A stretch of 64,000 nucleotides of DNA from Vicugna vicugna (lineage: Eukaryota): contig MU058584.1 in NCBI GenBank assembly GCA_013265495.1, positions 3,414,508 to 3,478,507 on the forward strand, read 5' to 3'. Below are positions 39,141-51,722 of the stretch, piece after piece. Numbering within the stretch: position 1 is the first letter of the stretch; each line of letters begins with the position of its first letter. The notes beneath the pieces were generated by a model, which saw only the letters and a program-made list of their open reading frames with translations, made no database searches and was not told the origin of the DNA. A program made the position numbers and the translations under genes.

Positions 39141-40019
39141 TAGTTGTTATGATTTTAGAAATTATCCTGTTACCTGTAAAAGTTACCATTCTGTGTGTGT
39201 ATCATACATTTTTCCTCTATCACCCAGTTCTGATTCTTTACCTTTATTAGGATTAGCATTTCTGAATCATAATGGTTGATATCAATTTCCACAATATGCA
39301 AGAAATCCTAGTAACAGCTCGAAATAAGAAAAATAAGAAAGTGGGGTAGGTCGTTTGTCACTTTATTTGGAAAAATTAAGAAGTGGCAAGGGTTAGTGAA
39401 GATGAACTCTAATAATGATCATTACCCCTGTGTAGCATTTTGCAGCTAATCATTTCTGTTTTCCCATGACCCTGTAGAAAAGAAGCTGTAATTCCTATTT
39501 TACAGGTGAGAAAACTGAGAATAAAGAGAGATATCTCACTCAGCTTTGCCCAATAAGTATGCATACAAACGCCATAAACATTTTTCTGTTCTGTGCCAGG
39601 TCTCCAAAGAGCTATTTTCAAATCCTTCTGAAAATAAACTGGATTGCCTCTTACCTCCTTCCTCTCATTTCACCCTGCCCTGCGTTACAAAATTGAGAAT
39701 AGCTTATCTATTACATGCAGGCATTGAGTTGTAAAACATCACATGCATTAGTTCATTCATTCACACCTCACTGTGCAAGGCAGCCTCAGGCTCAGAGAAC
39801 TTACAGAATTTTGCCCAAGATCACACATGTAGGAAGAGGTAGAGCAGGGATTTGTACACAGGCCGGTCTGATTCCAGAGCTGTCTCACTTCAAGTTTAGA
39901 TCATGAAAGAGAACATGAACCAGCCATACTCTGCTTAAATTGTCCTTACTATGAAGTATTTCAAAAGATCTTTTTATTGACCCATTTAATTTGCTTAGAC
40001 TTTAAGTCCCCTTTCATTT

Positions 40020-40245
40020 GACCTTTGTTATAGAAAGGAGATGTAGTCTCTAATCTCTGCTCTGCAATGAACTAGTTATGAAGCTTTAGACAAGTTGTGA
40101 GCTCCTCTCAGCCTTGATTTCTTCATCTGAAAACTACCCATCAAATCACCTACTTCATGTGGTTGACTTGAATAATAAATGAAATAACGTATACGTAAGT
40201 GCTTAGTGCATAGTAAGCACTCAGTAAATTCCAGCTGTTATTTCT
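40020..40245 (+). mobile_element. MIR SINE
   Basis: gccttgatttcttcatctgaaaa core; tagtaagcactcagtaaat tail. Confidence 0.75.
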
Positions 40246-40382
40246 AATTTTATAAACAAATTTGACCCATATAACTGTATACTCTTATCCTAGTTCTTAA
40301 TTTTTCCTTGCCAAACATGGTGTATAAGAAGAGACATAGTAAAACTTTTTTGCTGGAAAAGTTTTTAACTATCGACAAGTTC

Positions 40383-40890
40383 TGTATCAGTTAGAATTTG
40401 CTATAGCTGCAAATTATAGAAAACTCTAAGCAACACTGCATTAGACACACAGAGCTTATTCTTTCACGTAAAAGAAGTCCAGAGATGGGAAATGCAGAAC
40501 TGGTATGGCAACGCCACCATGTCATCTGTCTTTACTGTTCCACCATCTCTAAAGCATAGCCTTCAACTTCAAATTAACCTAATGGTCCAATATGGCTGCT
40601 GAAGCTCCAGCCATCATGCCCATATTCGAGAAAACAGAAAGGAGGAAAAATAGAAGGATAGAAAAGGCACAACTCCCAGTTTTAAGGAGTCTTTCTGGGA
40701 GTCTCATATACCACTCCCATTTGTACATAATTGGCCAGACTTTAATCAATACTGGCTTTATGTAGCAGCAAGACAGGTTGGAAAATGTCATCTTTTAATT
40801 GGTTTCATTCCCACTCTTTTTAGACTTCTGTTACTAAGAAAGAAGGGGAAAGGAATATTGGGATGGTAATTTGCAGTCTCTGCATCAGAG
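40383..40890 (-). mobile_element. Old MaLR LTR (MLT1I/J-like)
   Basis: tgtatcagttag...; ccaatatggctgctgaagctccagccatcatg; cataattggccagact. Confidence 0.75.
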
Positions 40891-42154
40891 GCAAAAATGG
40901 GTGCTGACAGATGTTTTAGAGCAACTGTGTTCCTTAGATTCTGGGTTGCTCATGATCCTGAGGGAAGGATAGACTCAGAGATCTCTGTTCATGTGTTTAA
41001 AATACTGGACTTGCATGGAAGTTTTTTTTTGTTGAAATGTTTCCACTGCCTAAAGTAACTGCAAACCACCATTGAAAGCAAGGACAATGCCACTCCATTC
41101 AAAACAAGACTGAAGGCAGGAACACTATATAAAGGAATGGGGAGGGGATATACTGGGATGTATAAAAAACAGAGGAGAATGAGGTAACAACAAATTTACC
41201 TGTGTGCATGTCCCTGCAGCCAGCCAGGGAGGCGATCACCTTGATTTGTTGCCCTGCGCTGTGGAAGCTGTGTAGAGAAGGGTGGCGTCTCTTTCCCTTG
41301 TACAGATGGCTATACCCGTGTTTGATGTTGGGTCTGAACTCATGTTATGATTACATTGGCTTTAACCCCATGTCTGCAGAACAGATGAATTGTTTTGATC
41401 AATGATTCCAGTGGCTTTTCCAGCCTTATTTTGAGCAAGCAAATGTTTTGGGTTTTCTGAGGTAAGTTCTGAATTCAAATTTTCTGTTCCAGCAGATCCA
41501 CAAGGACATTTATGCTTGTCAGATCATGTGTTCTGGTATCTGGGACTCTGTGCTCTGCCAAAGGATTGATTCACTCTTGCCCACGTGTTCCTCGGGCCTA
41601 GCACATCAGTAGATAGTTGATAAATGTTTGTTGACAGTAATTGCTACTAATCAGGCAATGCAATTGAATTTCAAAGTGCACTGGCCCTCACTCTGAAACT
41701 GTCTTCAGAATCTGTGTGGCAAGATCACCTTATAATGAGGTCAGTTTTTTTCCTTCAGTGGCTAGATTTTTTAGAGGGATCCAATATGGAGTCTCCCAAC
41801 TTAGAAGTCCATTCGAAAGAGAACAGGGCTTGGAGGAGGGCTCAGGTGAGGGAACTCTGCAAGCAGTTGCTTGATAAAAGGCTCAGAAACAATCCTGGAA
41901 AGCTTTGGAGTACTTTCCCAAGCTCGCGGGGATCTCCAGTCACTGTTCTCTGGGGGGAAAGCATTCTGAGCTGCATCCCACCACTGATAAACATATTTTT
42001 GAAACCTACAGGGTTCACAAGTCCAGGATTGCTTGCAACCCTGGAACACTATGTTGTAAGGAAGATCAGACATTAAAATGGGAATTGGGAGAATATTTCT
42101 GTTCCTGTGAGCATAAATGACTCTGGAGCTTAATTCTAAAGCCTTTATGCTATA

Positions 42155-42320
42155 AAGTGGTGCTTCAAAATCTGACTATGCCTCAGAATTGCCCAGGAAG
42201 CCTATTAAAGATGTGGAAATCTTGGATCTCATCCTACAATACTCTGATTCCAAGGGGTTGGCGTGCAGACCAGATATCTGTATTTTTGACAAGCTCATTG
42301 GGTGGTTCTGAGACAGTTAC
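42155..42320. mobile_element. MER5-like hAT MITE
   Basis: agtggtgcttcaaaa...cagaattgcccaggaagcctattaa...tctgtatttttgacaagctc. Confidence 0.65.
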
Positions 42321-43770
42321 TGGTGAAAAGATATACATGAGGAGAGCCGTTTTCATGAACAGAATGGTGCACATCCAATGGTGGACGTTGCGGAACAGCA
42401 CGGGCTCTGAATGAGAGGACGGCACAGACGCTGGGGCAGTCAGTACTTGTAGAATGTACTTGGTGAATCAGTGGGAAAACTGGAGACCTTGGAGGGGCTA
42501 AACTTTCAAACTAACATAGGTTACACAGGGCATGAGACCGCTCCCCAAAGGACAGAAGAGATCCCAAAGGGCTGAACTAGAATGGGGAGGCAGGAGTCTT
42601 GTTGGAGCATTTGGGGAAGATGGAGATGGGGATCTTTGTGGGGCTGTGGGAGGATGTTAGGAGGAGAGATGGGTGAAAAGTTTCTGCTGTATGTTTTGCA
42701 ATGTAACTGTCCCTTTTGCCATATCTTTCAAGACTTCGTTGAAGACCTACATAAGTTTTCAAGTTGTTGGGTTTGGGTTTGAGTTTATTTTGAATGTGAC
42801 ACTATGCTGAGACTGGCCTATAGGCAGCCCGGTTTTATTTAGGTCATAGGTGTAAAAATACTGCCCTTGCGAGATTATTGTGAGGAGTTGTGGTACTCTA
42901 TTTAACATCCCTATCGAATAGTAGATGCACAGGAAAAGGTACTATTATTGGATTACTAGTATCTACTGAGAGCCTACTACGTAGCGCATGGTGCGCTAAG
43001 CACTGAGGGTAGGAAGGGGAATGAGGGACTCGCAGTTGGTGTCAGTTAATTTTACCATACGCATGGGCTCCAGAACGCTCTTCTGTAAGACTCAGACATT
43101 GTCAGGACCTGACCTCATAAGCTTTGCAGAAAGCCTATGAGGACTTGAAGCGCATATTTAAGAATCTGGCCAGATTCAAGAGTGTCTGAGCTGGAAAGGG
43201 GTTTAAAGAGCATCCATTTCATTTCCCACATTTTCCTGATGAGGAACTGAGGCCTGCGGAGGGGAAGAACTTAGGACTGTGATAAATTGTTATGATTTTA
43301 TTAAGTGTTTAAAGATGTGGTCATTATTTACAGGGCATCTCTAGAAATGATTGCAACATAACCCTTCTTAATAGATAGATAGAGCATGAAGCATAAAATG
43401 TCAGTGCTGAAATTTTCCTAAGGATCACCTGGTTCAGACTGCTTCTTTTACTAATGAGGAAACTGGGGATATATTTTATTCTGTTTACTGCTGAGTCATA
43501 TCCTGCAGGTGAATGCATCCAAGCAATATTTGGGGTAGGGGATTGGTAAATGATAGTACAGGAGTTTTGAAGATCTTTTTTTCCAGAATAGAGTTGACAA
43601 ACTGCTGCTCAAATGTATTTCCTTTGCTTCCATGACTAGCTGGTTTTATTTGACCACATAGCTACAAGTCATTTGGAATAAAGAAAGGCGAAAATGTATA
43701 GATTACATATAACTATACATAGACAAAGGTTATACGTATAAGTTAGGATGAACTTTAGATACAAAGTGAA

Positions 43771-43865
43771 GGAGGGTGGGGGTATAGCTCAGTGGTAGAG
43801 CATGTGCTTAGCATGTGTGAGGTCCTGGGTTCAATCTGCAGTACTGCCATTAAAAAAAAAAAAAA
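43771..43865 (+). mobile_element. Camelid tRNA-derived SINE (Vic-1-like)
   Basis: GGTATAGCTCAGTGGTAGAGCATGTGCTTAGCATGTGTGAGGTCCTGGGTTCAATC plus poly-A. Confidence 0.92.
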
Positions 43866-43879
43866 GGTAGATGCAAAGA

Positions 43880-44400
43880 GACATAAAGCCTTACAATGGC
43901 TTAAGCAACAAAGATATATAACTATCCTTGCAGCAAGAAGTCTGGAGTCCAAGTTTGATATGTAGGCTCCAGCTGCATTAGAGACTCAGGTTTTTAAAAA
44001 CCTTCCTATTCTGCCATCCTCAGCATGTTGGCTTTTTTGCCCATAGGCTGACAAGCCTAAAATAAGTGTCTCAACTCCAAGCATCATGCTTTACAACGCA
44101 TTCAGAAAAGAAAAAATGCAGCGGACCGTCCCAATCTATGTATTTATCATGGCGCAAAACCCTCCCCAGACACCTCCAGCAGAATTTTGTCAGGTCTCAC
44201 GGCTGGATCTGTGTCACATGTCCACCAGTCCCCAGCAAAGAGAAAAAGAATTGCCCTGCATGGCTCACACCAACCATAATTCACCTCCTAGGTCTGAAGG
44301 AGGGTCCTTCCTGCTTTGAGATGTCGCTTCTCAGACAATGTGAAAGTCTATAAACTAAAGACGAGGCTAAATATAGCTATTGGGAGGGGAAAAGAGGTAT
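43880..44400 (-). mobile_element. Old MaLR LTR (MLT1K-like)
   Basis: aatggcttaagcaac...aagaagtctggag; ctgccatcctcagcatgttggctt; tgtgtcacatgtccacc. Confidence 0.65.
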
Positions 44401-44474
44401 GCACTATGTTATAGGTGAGACATAGATCTTGAATTTTTTTTTTTTTTTTGGTGTAAAGACTATTTTCTAGGTAG

Positions 44475-44770
44475 ATTAGTAGTTACGCATGCGGGCTTTA
44501 GAGTCAGAAATCCTAGGTTTGAATCTTGGCACCTGTACGTACTAACAATTATTCAGTTTTCTCCTCTGTAAGTTATGGTAGTAATGGTACCTACCTCATA
44601 GGTTTGGGAGGATTGCTATTATTTTATTATTATTATTATTATTATTAATTATATTATTGTTATTATTATTAATTTTGCACATAGTGAGTTGGTAATATTG
44701 TATGGTTATTAAGTACTGCAAATAGTGTCAAGAACATAGTAAGTACTCAAGAAATCTTAGCTGTTTTTAT
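44475..44770 (+). mobile_element. MIR SINE with internal (TTA)n expansion (~44618-44670)
   Basis: ctttagagtcagaaatcctaggtttgaatcttggc; gtacctacctcatagg; catagtaagtactcaa. Confidence 0.8.
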
Positions 44771-47114
44771 TTTGGAACCATTGGTTCTATAAATTTAAAT
44801 TCTGTTCATCTTCATTCAAGTCAGAACCATGTAAGACCCTCCCCTGTTCCCTAAGCCTGTGGCTGTACTTTTCTAAAAATAAAAGATAGTATCTGGGATA
44901 GATGGGTCCCCTCCTTGGGTAGAGGGGAGGGGCCGTCTCTTTTTCAGTCCAGGAGGCATAGGCAGAATTTTGCCAGTGCTTCTTTCTGATTTTCAGACTG
45001 CTCTAGAGTGAATCCTATTTTAAAAGCTTGCTCAGGCCCAGAATCCGTTTATTTGATCTCAAATTGGATGTTGGCCTGTCAGGTCCAAACCAAAACAACA
45101 ATGCAATTTACCTTATCTACGTTACATTTCTGGCTCCCAGATTGTGGACTTGGCAGCACCTCAGCTCCCAGGGCGCTGGGGCACGCAGCCCACTGAGCTT
45201 TCTTTCCCAGGCCCAGGAAACTGAACTGATCTGGAAAATCTGGAAATTTTCAGAAGGCTAGCAAATCACTGCCTCCATTCAGCTTAGGAGATCGACGGGA
45301 GGGCCTGCCTGCTCGGAATTCAATCCCCAGCATTCCACGTGGATCTGACAGGAAGTGGAGCTGGTTATCAGAGGAGGAGCCATCACCACTTTCTTTCTCT
45401 ACAAGGTGGCAGGTGGGCAGATCTGCTCAAGGTTATTCTGCCTGTGGTGACCCCCTTGACAAGCTTTAGTGCAATCGGTTGCCCAGATTTTACTGCCACC
45501 CCTTATTTATTCCTAAGTGTCTCCCTGAGAGTTCTCTAAACAAACAACACGTCCCTTGTAAGAGACTCGGCACTCAGAATCAATGGTCTGAAGGTGGATG
45601 CCTTCTGTACCACAGATGATAATGGGCAAACATCTGGCTTCCCACTGGCGGGAAAAGGAACACGTGCCCCTCTGCCTTACATACATACAGATTCCAGTGT
45701 AAACTCTGCTGAATCTTACATGAAGCTGTTTTTACTGACCTTGAGAAAGGTCACGAAGCTAGTCAACTTGGGTGTTGAGTGATCATCTTGGAAACTGGGA
45801 AAGACCAGGCCAGGAAATAGATATTTTTACTGGCTAATCTATTCTTCCTTGATTTCCCCTCTCTTTTTTTAGTCTTCATTTCCCCACTTTTTGGTGGCCT
45901 GATCTTTTTCTTTTCCCTCTTATCTCTGCTAGTTCAGAAAATAGGGATTATATTTGTATATTTTTTAGTGGTTATTCAAGAAAGCTGTGGCCTTGCCCTG
46001 CTGTGACACTGTCTGTTTCATCTTGTCCCCTGATCCCAGAACCTTATGTATGCTGTGACTCCAAGCAACAATTTGTTGTAGCTTTTCTCAACTTCCTTCC
46101 AAGGGTCGGGAGCCTGGGTTCAAGAAGAGACCTAGGTTCTGGTTGCTCTGATTCACCTGAGGAACTTGACTTCTGAGGAGCTGACTGGGCCACCTCTGCC
46201 TCCTTCTGCATCCTTGCCCAACAGGTGTGCTTTAGTTTCCTTCACTACCTCAAATTTCTTTTCTATTTCTGACCAAAACAAATGCACCCCTCTCTGCCTC
46301 TCTTTCTCTGTTTCTCTCTTTCAATCTGTCCTTGTTGCACGCTGGTGGCTATTGATGGTGCTGAAAATATGATCTTCCAGTGTCATCCTTACTGGAAGTC
46401 CTTGACTTGTAATAGAAGAACCACACAACCCATCTGCCTCACCCACATCAGTAGACAGACTGTCAGCCTGCTGGGGAGCACGACAGGGCAAGTCGTCAGA
46501 TACTGGTTCACTCTATCAGATACAGTGGTCCCGAACTCGAGCTCCCTCAGAATCCAGGTGTGCAGCATAGGGGACCGTCGCTAACTGGGGAACGCTTACC
46601 CCACCTAAACTTGCTACTTAGCATCAGCTGATTACTGCAGTGAGGGAACGAAAACACTGTATCGTGGAAATATCCAATTTTTTGAGAAAAAATTGTGAAC
46701 AATTAAAAACGTATTTTTAACATTTGGAGAAACTATTTGGACTCTGAATTGAAATCCTCTGGGCTCTAAATGTTGACCATTGAGTCTGTGTGAGCTGACA
46801 CGGACACACGTGGTGGTCAGTGTGGCCCATTTGCTCCCCGATGTGATTTGTTAGCTGATGTGTTTGTTGGTGCCTTCAGCCTCCATGATCACATCTGCAT
46901 TTCCAAAGGTATGGTACTTGCCTTACAGAACTCCCTGACATTTTAGGTCCTGTATAGAATTTTGGAAGAAGGCAACTATAACTTTTGAATGACAAATAAA
47001 AAAAATTAAATGCTCTTCTGTTTGCATCACTGGCAAGCATTTGGAACACTGTAATTGGAGATGGGGGACTAAGCACATTCGATATGAAAACTGGCCATTC
47101 AGCATCAAACTCAT

Positions 47115-47890
47115 GGTCAGGCAGCCTTGGGTTTGAATGCTGGCTCCTCTATTTTCTAGATGTTTGATTTTAGGCAAATTACTTACCCCTTCTGAACCTC
47201 ACTTTCCTCACCTATCACGTGTGGAAAACAATGCCTGCTGTGGGTTAAACGAGATAATATGCACATGTTGTGGAAAAATGTTACAGCTTGGTGTTACAGC
47301 TCAGAGTTACAGCTCAGTTCTGACAGCAACCTGAATCAGCGCTAGAGACCAAGCAGCACGCGGAGAGTTGGAGAACTCAGGTTTATTACACCAGCGACCC
47401 CACAACAGTTAACACTTCAAGCTCTGGACCCCCGCCTGTAGGGTTACACAGGCCTTTTATAGGCTGCCAGTTTCACACTTTGCAACATCATATGCAAATA
47501 AAGTACAACAGAAGTTGACCAACCGGGAACAAGCTTTGCAGAAATAGACCAATCAGGAGTGAGCTCCATGCAAATGAAGCACTACAAATGGACCAATCAG
47601 AAGTTAGGGAAGTGGACCAATCAGAAGTGAGAGTAATAACCAATCAGGAGTGAAGGAAATAACCAATCAGAAGTGAGCTCAGGGAACCAGTAGAATTCTA
47701 GGTGTAAGTTAGCCGCTTTAGAGGCAAAAAGTGAGATAGAGCCTCTGGGCCAGGGAACCGGAGGGTGCAGGGAGGAGAGCAGCGCCCCTGCCTAGGGGTC
47801 CTGCCGATCTTTTTATGGGGCTTCCCACCTCACACAGAGCAGAGTGCCTGGCATGGAGTGGGGTTCAGTAGTGGTGGTTATTATTAGCAG
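47115..47890 (+). mobile_element. MIR SINE split by the LTR insertion (47115-47265 and 47837-47890)
   Basis: gggtttgaatgctggctc...gaacctcactttcctcacct...gagataatatgcaca | cagagtgcctggcatg. Confidence 0.8.
47266..47832 (-). mobile_element. Solo LTR, ERV1-like family (copy B), with intact TG...CA termini, TATA and polyA signal
   Basis: 4-bp TSD CACA at 47262-47265 and 47833-47836; minus-strand TATAAAA (47461-47455) and AATAAA (47387-47382); 5 CCAAT; ATGCAAAT at 47492 and 47568. Confidence 0.92.
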
Positions 47891-49699
47891 CCCAGATCCA
47901 CGCTTCTGAGATAGTGAACTGATTTGGGGCAAAACCTGACCCGAACTGATAAACAGCTGATTATAATCTTTATGTATCCTTTTTGGGGTGAATATTTGTA
48001 AGTTTCACTGAGCAAATATTAAAATATTTGATTACAGGTGCTACCCCAGAACGTCTATTATTTTTCTAAAATTTGAAAAGTTGTGAATTTTACAATATAT
48101 TTGATTCTACAGGTATTGGCCAAAAGATAAAGAATCTGTAGTTGCAAGGATATATCAGCAAGTGGAGAATGACACAATCAAAACTGAACCCATAACCACA
48201 AAACTGGTGGAAGGTGAGAGTAAATAAATGATTAGAAATGGGGGGAGGCGGTTAAGGAGGTAAATTTGGGAGGGCTTCCTGGAGGGAGTGGCCTTTTGAG
48301 CCTGATCTCAGGAGAAATGAAGGAACTGCATTTGGTGAAGAGGCAGCAAGTTCCAGGAGAATACACAAGATTGTTGGGTGTCTTTCAGAGGTTCCTAGCA
48401 AACCAAACTGCTTTTAAATCTATGCAGTGTCTTGGAGAGTGAGTTACCACCTGTAGAGAGATGCATCTGGGAACTTGACAAGAAAGAGAGTTGCTGGTAG
48501 GGAGGAGTGTGAAGAATGGAGCGAGAAGACCCACTTTATGGTGAAATGCTGTTGGAGAGAAAGAACATTTTGAATGGCCCCTGAGGAGCCCTTTGCCTGT
48601 CTAGGCTGAGGACCGAGTTCTGCTCACTCACAGCTCTCTTCATATGACTACTCCATATGCCAGCAAGCTATTCTTACCTTTAAGGATGCTTTCCTGGAGC
48701 TGGGACCATGGCAAGCCAACATTTCTAAACCACACATCCTTGATCTTTCCCCACTCTGCTTGTCTGTTTTTAATGAACTGAAGATGATACTGAAGAGATG
48801 ATCTGGCTGAGCGGGGAGTTGCTATGAACAGGGGAGTAATGAAACTTGGTTTATGTTTCAGAAAAAGCACTCTGCTACAGTGTGGGCTGGAAATGGGCAA
48901 TACGAGACACAGGAAAAATACATGTCTTATTTATCACTCTCTTCCCAGCACTTAGGACAGTGCCTGGCACATACTTGTGTAATTAATTTATTAACAAACA
49001 TAATGCCCATCTTGGCACAATCTCCTCCCCAGCATTGATGACCCATTAAAAGGTAGCACTGGATCTGCACTTCCTTTACCCTGTGGGAGCAGCAATGGTC
49101 AGAGAACAAGGAGTCTCTGAAACAATGTTTTACAGTTAGGAACAACTGAACTGCTCACATACCACTCCTGTTGTCTACAACTGTAGGAGGGGAGCTAAGG
49201 GGAACTGCAAGAAACAGAAAAACACTAAGCACCTCCTGGGACATGCAACAGTGAGGGGGTAGCTGGTACAACTGAGAGTAGCTCTGGTCTCTGAGTCCAG
49301 TATGGAATCCCCAAGTCTCTCTAATGAGAAGATACTTTTATACTCCTCAGTGTTTTCTCTTCCCTGAGGGGGACTGTTATTCCAGGCAGATGTGTGAGAG
49401 TTGAAAGGATGAGTCACTGATTGTTGGACAGGATGCAGGGAAGGCACATCGTGAAGGTGCCTATAGTAAGCTCCGTAGATTTTGGAGAGGGAGAGGCAGA
49501 GTCATTGTTTACTTAGAAGTGATAATTTGCTGGTTGGAAATTACTGGTTTGAGGCAGACTTATTAATCTAGCTCTGGTTTACCCAGTTGTTGCTTACCTG
49601 AACTTCTCCCCCACACATCTGCAGGATTGATGTTACTGTTCTTCCAATTATACGTGTGCTTGAGAGGGCTGCCTTATTGCCACGTTGGGGTTATGACTG

Positions 49700-49840
49700 T
49701 CCAGCGGCCCTAGGTCTCTGTCCAAGGTCTCTGTGCCTTGATCTTGGGAGTCCAGCCTCCAAAACTGTGAGAAATAAATTGTTGTTGAAGTTCTCTGGTC
49801 TGTGAAATTCTGTTATAGCAGCCCAAACTGACTGAGACAC
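49700..49840 (+). mobile_element. MLT1 LTR 3' fragment
   Basis: ccagcctccaaaactgtgagaaataaatt...tgttatagcagcccaaactgactgagaca. Confidence 0.8.
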
Positions 49841-49977
49841 TCGGACTTCTAATTCTTGTCCTCTTGGATCTATGCCTGCTCCCACTGCCTTTGTCTGAAG
49901 GACCCTGTAGAATCATTGTCTGAGGCAATCCTGACAGATTGAAAGCCACAGGGATCCTGGCCTTGGGGGCCAAGCAT

Positions 49978-50089
49978 TAGAGTGAACAGCTGTCCTGGTT
50001 TGCCCAGGACGGAGGGGCTTCCTGGGATTCTGGACCTCCAGTGCTAAAACTGGGAGAGTCCTGGGTAAACAGGAGGGTTGGTCACCCTA
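49978..50089. mobile_element. MER81-like hAT-Blackjack MITE
   Basis: Imperfect terminal inverted repeats tagagtgaac / ggtcacccta; gtcctggtttgcccaggac. Confidence 0.8.
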
Positions 50090-50698
50090 CTGACAGAACA
50101 TATGCAGGACCGTAGTACCCCTGCTCCAAGAAATGATCCAGGGTGACTAAGAAACATATTTTGGAGGCTGTAATCAGGGGAACAAAGGGGGACTACTAGA
50201 CTAAACTGAGTTTTTCTCTGGGGCTCATATTTGCTCTTTTTCCTGAATGTAGAACAGAGAGTAAGAAAGCTGACCAGTGGGGGAATGCAAGTATCACAGC
50301 TGGGACAATGGTTACTGACACAATGGCCCTGTCTCTTCATTTCTCTGCACAAATCCCCGAAGGTTAGTCTTTTCAATGACCGTGTAATCCAGAGATACCC
50401 GAGTCTAGGCAAATGGCTCATTTATTTCCAGCAGTATTTGAGACAATGAAATTCTAGCACAGTCAGGGAGTCTGGGCTGTCCCTTGGAAGGGAATGTCCT
50501 AGGACTTGACCTGTTTCACCAGGTTTGGCCAAGTGTTTAGAATGGGATCAATTCATTTCCTCTTTGGAATCGATTCCATGCTTTGCCGGGGAGAGAGGTC
50601 TGCCCTAGATTGCTGCACAAGCATTTATGCTATTCTTTCTTTATTTATTTCAGACTGGGAAAGGATACCTATTAGTGATAGGAAGAATAATATGTACA

Positions 50699-51105
50699 GC
50701 CAGTTGTGTGCTGGAGTTAGCGTGTCCTGGCTCAGAAGAGCCAGTTGTTAAATTTTCAGGAAATCTGAGAGCCTGTTATTGAAAAGTAAACTCAGCAATT
50801 ATTAAAATTACATTATGCAAACTTACAATTAAATTATATTAAAACAAAAGTGATAAATGCTTAAAACTCATTACTTTCTAATTATTTTCCTATTATCTGT
50901 GTTCTCAGGATTATATGTACTTATTGTACCTGTATGGCAGAAATTCTCTGTAATGGAATGTTACTGTTCATCTCTTCCCAAATCTGTGTTCACTAGTGTC
51001 AGGGTGCTAGCTGAAATCAGCCACGATGGGAGAGACACCATCAATCACAAACAACCAATCAGCCTCTTGCCTTCCGAGAATCACTTATTAAACATATACC
51101 AGCAA
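50699..51105. mobile_element. MER63-like hAT-Blackjack element
   Basis: ccagttgtgtgctggag...gagccagttgttaaattttcagga; ends ttattaaacatataccagca. Confidence 0.75.
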
Positions 51106-51239
51106 GCTGCTTTGTAAAGTCATCATCCATTGAGGGCTTGCTATGTGCCTAGGCATAAGTCCAAGAACTTTGTAAGTCAGTTGATCACTTTTTCAGTCAA
51201 TACTGAGCCATCACTTACAATATGCCAGGTTCCATTATA

Positions 51240-51500
51240 ATTATTATTATTGGCTAATATATACTGAGTATCTGCTGTGTGCCTTGCACTCTTATAAGTG
51301 TTTTACATGTATTAGCTGCTTAATCCTTGGGCTAACTCTTGGAGGAGATTCTATTGTTGTCCTCGTTTTACAGATGGGAAAACTGAAGAACTGAGAAGTT
51401 GGGTAATATTCCCAGGTTCACACAGCTAGGTTGCAGCGCATATTGAAACCCAGAAACCTGGTTCTGGAGCCCATGCTTTTAACCACTAAGCTCTCCTGCC
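51240..51500 (-). mobile_element. MIR SINE
   Basis: ttttacagatgggaaaactgaag...cccaggttcacacagctag. Confidence 0.85.
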
Positions 51501-51722
51501 TCTGGTTGCCTCAAGGTACCAAGGATACAGCAGTGAACAAGCAAAGCCCTTGAATTCATGGGGCTTACACTCTGGTGGGTAGGGAGATAGGTGTTAAACA
51601 GTAAACATGTAAATATGTTGATGTCAATTGGTGATAAGTTCCATGGATAAAAATAAAGCAATGTAAGGGTAATAGAAAACACTGAAATAGGGAGGGTACA
51701 TTACTTCATTTATCTCACATTT

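Noticed and set aside
43771..43850. tRNA genes here and at 22810-22907
   Set aside because: A-rich tails, a TSD at the 22.8-kb copy and a degenerate cloverleaf indicate tRNA-derived SINEs
46170..46600. Possible processed pseudogene (also considered 780-1340)
   Set aside because: The translations I checked gave no recognisable protein; no poly-A or TSD
2454..47832. The two homologous LTRs as ends of one 45-kb provirus or composite element
   Set aside because: Each has its own distinct TSD and host repeat; no gag/pol/env is visible between them
50565..50578. 14-bp perfect palindrome TGGAATCGATTCCA
   Set aside because: About 64000/4^7, roughly 4, such palindromes are expected by chance in this window
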